Source: an uncultured Gammaproteobacteria bacterium
GTDB lineage: Bacteria > Pseudomonadota > Gammaproteobacteria > UBA9214
DNA: 64,000 nucleotides
NCBI GenBank assembly: GCA_963748215.1
Contig: CAVVHS010000008.1
Coordinates: 448,001 to 512,000 of the forward strand
Direction: 5' to 3'
Shown here in pieces: positions 58,601 to 64,000 of the stretch. The position numbers were made by a program, and so were the translations under genes. Every line of letters starts with the position of its first letter. Position 1 is the stretch's first letter. The notes under the pieces are model-generated. The model did not search any database. It was not told the DNA's origin and saw only the letters and a program-made list of their open reading frames with translations.

Positions 58601-60750
58601 CAATCCCACCGGTAGGGTGGCCGTCAACACCACCCCCGTCGCATCCAGGGGACCGTTGTTCGTCACCGTCACCGTGTACTCAACACTCTGGCCTTCCACA
58701 ACTTGCGTCGCCGCATCCACCATCAGGCCCACCGACAAATCCGCATCCGTCGGATCACCCTGCACACTTTGATCCGGTCCCAGGCCCCCATTGACCGTCG
58801 ACGGGTCATACGCCGCATCCGTCGTCAGCACCACCTTGTCCACCACCGTCCCGGATTCGCGTACCCACACGTTCACCGTGTGCCCACCCGTTGTTGCAAC
58901 ATCCAGTGTCGCGCGTGCTTTCGACGCCAGCTTGCCAACCCACACATAACCGCCCGCTGTCGGCACGGTCAGGTTCTCACCCGTCGCCAGCTCCTGACCG
59001 TCCAGACCCACATGCAACGAGTTCGAACTCGTCGACGGGCCCCATGCCCGCACCCATATATAGTGGGTCCCGGTCGTCACAAAATTCACCTGGTAGTCCA
59101 ACTGCGGACTCAGGCTTGAATATCCCGTCGAATAATTAACCCTGTCCTCCGGTAATACCTGGAGCGCATCACTGCCCGAATACCCCGGATAAACCGAACC
59201 CGCCGACAGCCAGGCATGCCCATCCGGCGCCACCACGCTCGCGTGATAACTCTCCGCCTCCATCGACACCACACCCTGCGCTCCACCGTCCTGCTGGAAA
59301 CCCGCACCGCTGCCCGCCGGCAACACCGTCATCGCCACCGACGCACTGTCATTCCCCACCACCGGATCCGGCTCGTTCAGCCCGCTCACACTTGCCGTGT
59401 TCGTCAGCGTGGAACCGCCCGTCCCCGCCGCCACGCTCGCCATAATATGCAGCGTCCGCGTCTGACCATTCAACACACTGCCAACCGTCCACACACCACT
59501 GCCACTGTCATAAAACGTGCCCGAACTGCCCGCATCATCACCCACATATGTCAGCCCCAACGGCAAGGCGTCCGTCAACACCACCCCTGTCGCATCCGAC
59601 GGGCCGTTGTTCGTCACCGTCACCGCGTACTCAACCTGCTGTTCCTCCGCCGGTGTGGCCGTATCCACCGCCAGATCCACCGACAGGTCCACACTGCCCG
59701 CCGGCAATACCGTCACCGCCACCGACGCACTGTCATTCCCCGCCACCGGGTCCGGCTCGTTCAGTCCGCTCACACTCGCCGTGTACGTCAGCGTGGATCC
59801 ACCCGTCCCGCAGCCACGCTTGCCGTAATAGCCAGACTCCGCGTCTGGCCGGTGCTCACACCACCCACCGTCCACACGCCACTGCCACTGTCATAAAACG
59901 TGCCTGTCGACGCTGCATCATCACCCACATACGCCAATCCCGCCGGCAAGGCAGACGTCAAGGCCACGCCCGTCGCACCCAGAGGGCCGTTGTTCGTTAG
60001 CGTCACCGTGTACACAACACTCTGCCCTTCCACCGGGGTCGCATCATCCACCACCAGACCCACCGACAGGTCCGCATCCGTCGGATCACCCTGCACACTT
60101 TGATCCGGTCCCAGGCCCCCATTGATCGTCGACGGGTCATACGCCGCATCCGTCGTCAGCACCACCTTGTCCACCACCGTCCCGGTCTCGCGTACCCAGA
60201 CGTTCACCGTGTGCCCACCCGCCGTCGCAACATCCAGTGTCGCGCGTGCTTTCGACGCCAGCTTGCCCACCCACACATAACCACCTGACGCCTTCACGGT
60301 CAGATTCTCGCCCGTTGCCAGCTCCTGACCGTCCAGACCCACATGCAACGAGTTCGAACTCGTCGACGGGCCCCATGCCCGCACCCATATATAGTGGGTC
60401 CCGGTCGTCACAAAATTCACCTGGTAGTCCAGCTGCGGACTCAGGCTTGAATATCCCGTCGAATAATTAACCCTGTCTTCCGGTAATACCTGGAGCGCAT
60501 CGGTGCCCGAATACCCCGGATAACCCGCTCCCGCCGACAGCCAGGCATGCCCATCCGGCGCCACCACGCTCGTGTGGTAACTCTCCGCCTCCATCGACAC
60601 CACGCCCTGCGCTCCACCGTCCTGCTGAAAGGTGGCGCTGATTGCCAAGCTTGACGCAAGCATTAACATGGAAAATGCAATGAAATACATTGCAGTTCGC
60701 TTAACTGCCCGCAGAACACGAAGACAAATTATTGAATAACAACCAGACAT
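55655..60750 (-). CDS. Large secreted modular protein: (CBM-like + 2xDUF11)x2, CBM-like, CHB_HEX_C-like, LamG, SGNH hydrolase, Ig-like; 1-bp frameshift near 59807
   Basis: ORFs 59788..60750 and 55655..59875 join if one base is restored (compare GTACCCGCAGCC near 58466 with GTCCCGCAGCC near 59805). YTVTVTNNGP DUF11 motifs, YYTLDGSDPT, DGQWHHLVAV, GDSIT/GTN/DGIHP. Confidence 0.8.
57444..60628 (-). repeat. ~1.33-kb intragenic tandem repeat, about 2.4 copies
   Basis: Same sequence at 57481 and 58810 (offset 1329) and at 58801 and 60132 (offset 1331). Confidence 0.85.
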
Positions 60751-61099
60751 ATATCAGCCCTTACTGTTACGCGATTTATCTAATCGCGATATTCTTCATT
60801 GTTTTCCTTGAGATGAACCTGACAACAACTGTTGCACCATACCAAGGAAGTGTTTTTATCAATCCACAATGGAGCATGATACAGATTAATTATAGTACTA
60901 ATCACTGGAATAGCCGCATTCAATAAACTTTCCTTATGATTGAGGGGGACAGCAGTGAGTACTAATAATTAGGTATCTATATCGTCTCCGTTGCCATCGC
61001 TCAACTCAATATTGCCTGCTACCGCCGTAATTCATATTCCGGATGTATCAAACCACCTCAGGCGACGCCCGTGTAACTTATTCATCCCTATTCTGTGAA

Positions 61100-64000
61100 T
61101 TACAGCGCGCAGCACGACGGTCCTGGCGGCGTACCCAGCAACGCTTTGACGGTCGTGAAGTCAGTAGGATCCACGATGCCGTTGCAGTTCAGGTCCTGAT
61201 TCGGCGCCAGTGTCGACCCCAGGGTGGACTTCAGGAGTGTAAAATCAGTCGGATCCACGATGCCATTGCCATTGAAGTCCGCATCGCAGATGTTGCCGAT
61301 ACCATCTCCATCGGTATCGCACTGACTCAGGCCATTTACCGGACCGGCGAGCGGTCCATTGGCCACGTTGATGCAATTGTCCTGATCATCGGTGATTCCG
61401 TCAAAATCGCTGTCCACAAGTGAGGTGACACTGATTGTAAAGTCATGCGTTATCGCACCTGCTGCGTTTTCAACCTGAACAGAAATATCAAATGACCCGG
61501 TTGCCGTTGGCACCCAGTCAATGTTCCCGGTATCCGGATGAATGGTCATTCCGGCAGGCGCCGTCAACAGTGAAAAGTCAGGGCTCGGATAACCCCTGGT
61601 TTCCAGCTGATATGCATACGGCACGCCCACCTCAGCCGTGGTTATGGCCTGCGATGTCGTCTGCGGCAATGTCTGGTTACAGGCAGGCAGGAAGGCGGCC
61701 AGCTGTTCAAACCAGACCGGAACCATCTTGTCGAACCCGACCTGGAGGGGATGAATACCGTCATTATTCATATCGTCGATATAATTCAATGCACTCTCAT
61801 GGTCAGCAATGGTGATGTTCTCACCATTGGCGACCCTCGCTGCAGCCATTGCCACAACGTTATCATTGAACTGGGTAACCAACGGCTCATTGGGCACCTT
61901 GTTGATGATTCGCGCCTGAACAATCGAAATATTCGGATCAAAGGCATCAATAATCGTGTGCAGGTCCTCCACCCCGGCAGCGGAAGGATACGGGAACGAC
62001 GGATCCTCATTCGTACCGATATGCAACAGGACCGCATCGGGTGGATTCTGCGTCAGCCACGTGTTTAGCGAAGCCGCAACACCCGAAATGGTAATCCCGC
62101 CATGGCCCTCGTGGTTTCGGTCGTGCGTGCCCGTGGAATCTGTTCTGGTACCGACAAAATCCACGTTATAGCCCGCATCCACCAGGTCAAAGTAAAGCTG
62201 GGGGCGATAGCCCTGCATGTTAGTGATTGAATCACCCAGCGGCATGATTGCGACCGGCGATTCACAACCCCAGACACCGCGTCGCAGACCGACCGTGCCA
62301 TCCTTGTAGTGGCGCGAGATTTCGGCAGGTGTCAATACACGACTGTGCAAAGCGAGCTCGTCAATGGTGCCCGCAAAATGGTAATCCGTGGCCGTGTCGT
62401 TCAGCCAGCCGATATTGAGCTCCGCCGCACCCGCGAAGTCCGCGGTATAAGCAACAGCTGCTGCCGCTTCCTCGACACCATCCACGTACAGGCGAATCTC
62501 GCCGCTAATCGCATCGCGCACCGCCACCAGGTGATGCCACTGCCCGTCGGCAATGTCGGTGGTTCCCAGTATCGTGGCACCAGTACCCCCGCTGTCAGTC
62601 AATGTAAAGGCGGCGATGCCGTTCTCACAGCCCAGCCACCAGTGCAGCTGGCTGCCTGTCTCATGACGGCCCACAATGGATTCGCTACCGATACAGGCAG
62701 CACTCTTGTTGACCCAGGCCTCCAGAGAAAACCGGTCAGTAGTTGCCCAGTCAAACAGGCCGACGTCCGGGACGTCGACAGCATTGCCAATGCCATCATA
62801 TTGCTGCGCACCACTGACACGCCCGGGCGCCGGCGTCGGGCATGACACGCAACCTGCCGTTACTCCGGCAACAGTATCAGTGAAAGCAGATCCGGAAGTC
62901 TCGTTGAAAGGGAAATACAGATCCAACCCGCTCGGCAAGGGGTTTAACTGGAATATTGCCGTCTCAATAGCACTGTCAACAGACCCTGCCAAAATAGCAC
63001 GCGCCTTCAGCGTGGCGCTGACAGTCAGCAAGAATGGCCCTGTGTATTCATTGGTACTGGCCGTGGGATCACTGCCATCCAGGGTGTAGTAAATCGTCGC
63101 ACCGGGTGTATTACTCGCCAGCGTCACCAGCACTGAACTGCTGAATATTCCGCCATTCGGAGTGATCGTGGGCTTCTCCACTGTGGAGCCGGTCTCACGC
63201 CCACTCTCATCCGGTCCCAACCCCCCGTTAACCGTCGACGGGTCATACGCCGCATCCGTCGTCAGCACCACCTTGTCCACCACCGTCCCGGATTCGCGCA
63301 TCCACACGTTCACCGTGTGTGTGCCCGTTGTTGCAACATCCAGCGTCGCGCGCGCATTGCCCGCTACCACCCGGCTTACCCACACATAACCACCCGCTGC
63401 CGCCACGCTCATGTTCTCGCCCGTCGCCAGCTCCTGACCGTCCAGACCCACATGCAACGAGTTCGAACTCGTCGACGGGCCCCATGCCCGCACCCATATA
63501 TAGTGGGTCCCGGTCGTCACAAAATTCACCTGGTAGTCCAGCTGCGGACTCAGGCCCGAATACCCCGTCGAGTAAGTGACACTGTCTTCCGGCAAGGCCT
63601 GGAGCGCATCGCTGCCCGAATACCCGGCAAAAACCGAACCCGCCGACAGCCACGCATGCCCATCCGGCGCCACCACGCTCGCGTGGTAACTCTCCGCCTC
63701 CATCGACACCACACCCGCCGCTCCACCGTCCTGCTGGAAACTCGCACCCAGGTCCACCGCCACCGTCACATCCACCGACGCACTGTCGTTCCCCGCCACC
63801 GGGTCCGGCTCGGCCAGACTGCTCACACTCGCCGTGGTCATCAGCGTGGAGCCACCCGTCCCCGCATCCACGCTCGCCGTAATAGCCAGCGTCAGAACCT
63901 GGCCGTTGGTCACGCCACCTACCGTCCACACGCCACTGCCACTGTCATAAAGCGTGCCCGTCACCGCCGCATCGTCACCCACATACGTCAGCCCCACCGG
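61100..64000 (-). CDS. Paralogous modular SGNH/LamG/DUF11 protein with TSP3-like and dockerin-like C-terminus (5' end outside the window)
   Basis: Same modules as 55655..60750 plus DSDFDGITDDQDNC, CDTDGDGIGNICD and the duplicated D(F/L)N(G/C)NGIVDPTDFT loops. Confidence 0.82.
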   Translation of the reverse strand, partial: PVGLTYVGDDAAVTGTLYDSGSGVWTVGGVTNGQVLTLAITASVDAGTGGSTLMTTASVSSLAEPDPVAGNDSASVDVTVAVDLGASFQQDGGAAGVVSMEAESYHASVVAPDGHAWLSAGSVFAGYSGSDALQALPEDSVTYSTGYSGLSPQLDYQVNFVTTGTHYIWVRAWGPSTSSNSLHVGLDGQELATGENMSVAAAGGYVWVSRVVAGNARATLDVATTGTHTVNVWMRESGTVVDKVVLTTDAAYDPSTVNGGLGPDESGRETGSTVEKPTITPNGGIFSSSVLVTLASNTPGATIYYTLDGSDPTASTNEYTGPFLLTVSATLKARAILAGSVDSAIETAIFQLNPLPSGLDLYFPFNETSGSAFTDTVAGVTAGCVSCPTPAPGRVSGAQQYDGIGNAVDVPDVGLFDWATTDRFSLEAWVNKSAACIGSESIVGRHETGSQLHWWLGCENGIAAFTLTDSGGTGATILGTTDIADGQWHHLVAVRDAISGEIRLYVDGVEEAAAAVAYTADFAGAAELNIGWLNDTATDYHFAGTIDELALHSRVLTPAEISRHYKDGTVGLRRGVWGCESPVAIMPLGDSITNMQGYRPQLYFDLVDAGYNVDFVGTRTDSTGTHDRNHEGHGGITISGVAASLNTWLTQNPPDAVLLHIGTNEDPSFPYPSAAGVEDLHTIIDAFDPNISIVQARIINKVPNEPLVTQFNDNVVAMAAARVANGENITIADHESALNYIDDMNNDGIHPLQVGFDKMVPVWFEQLAAFLPACNQTLPQTTSQAITTAEVGVPYAYQLETRGYPSPDFSLLTAPAGMTIHPDTGNIDWVPTATGSFDISVQVENAAGAITHDFTISVTSLVDSDFDGITDDQDNCINVANGPLAGPVNGLSQCDTDGDGIGNICDADFNGNGIVDPTDFTLLKSTLGSTLAPNQDLNCNGIVDPTDFTTVKALLGTPPGPSCCAL
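61507..63745. repeat. ~2.2-kb near-identical direct duplication of 55741-57975
   Basis: Constant offset of 5766 bp (55741/61507, 57481/63247); identical shadow ORFs appear in the ORF track. Confidence 0.9.

Noticed and set aside
59788-59875. Programmed frameshift or phase variation in the large DUF11 gene
   Set aside because: No slippery heptamer or long homopolymer; the sister repeat shows a simple one-base loss, most consistent with error or recent mutation.

Overview
GC-rich proteobacterial (most likely gammaproteobacterial) chromosomal window dominated by cell-envelope functions. From left to right: a FadL-like porin; the export half of an XrtA/PEP-CTERM-type exopolysaccharide locus (wza-like, beta-barrel, chain-length determinant, tyrosine kinase, ExeA-like ATPase, galE, vanZ); cysQ, yrfG, a YkgJ-family gene and a FimW-like PilZ protein; type II secretion genes gspG-N; rubredoxin (missed by the ORF track), thiD, thiE, hemL and a DedA/PAP2 gene; a glrK-qseG-glrR operon between two paralogous repeat-stalk Fn3 lipoproteins; a second, partly lower-GC glycan cluster; and two large, partly duplicated DUF11/LamG/SGNH surface proteins, one ending in a dockerin-like tail. 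Best candidates for something new: (1) a complete GlrR/IHF/sigma54 promoter that drives a surface lipoprotein plus a stand-alone copy of the GlrR receiver domain, a possible feedback decoy; (2) 19 GTAG-REP palindromes arranged largely in composite 116-137 bp tandem arrays, with small hairpin elements inserted inside REP stems where both filled and empty sites are visible. Several single-base frameshifts are probably sequence errors. No rRNA, tRNA, CRISPR array or transposase was recognised. All family calls come from motif recognition by eye, not database searches.
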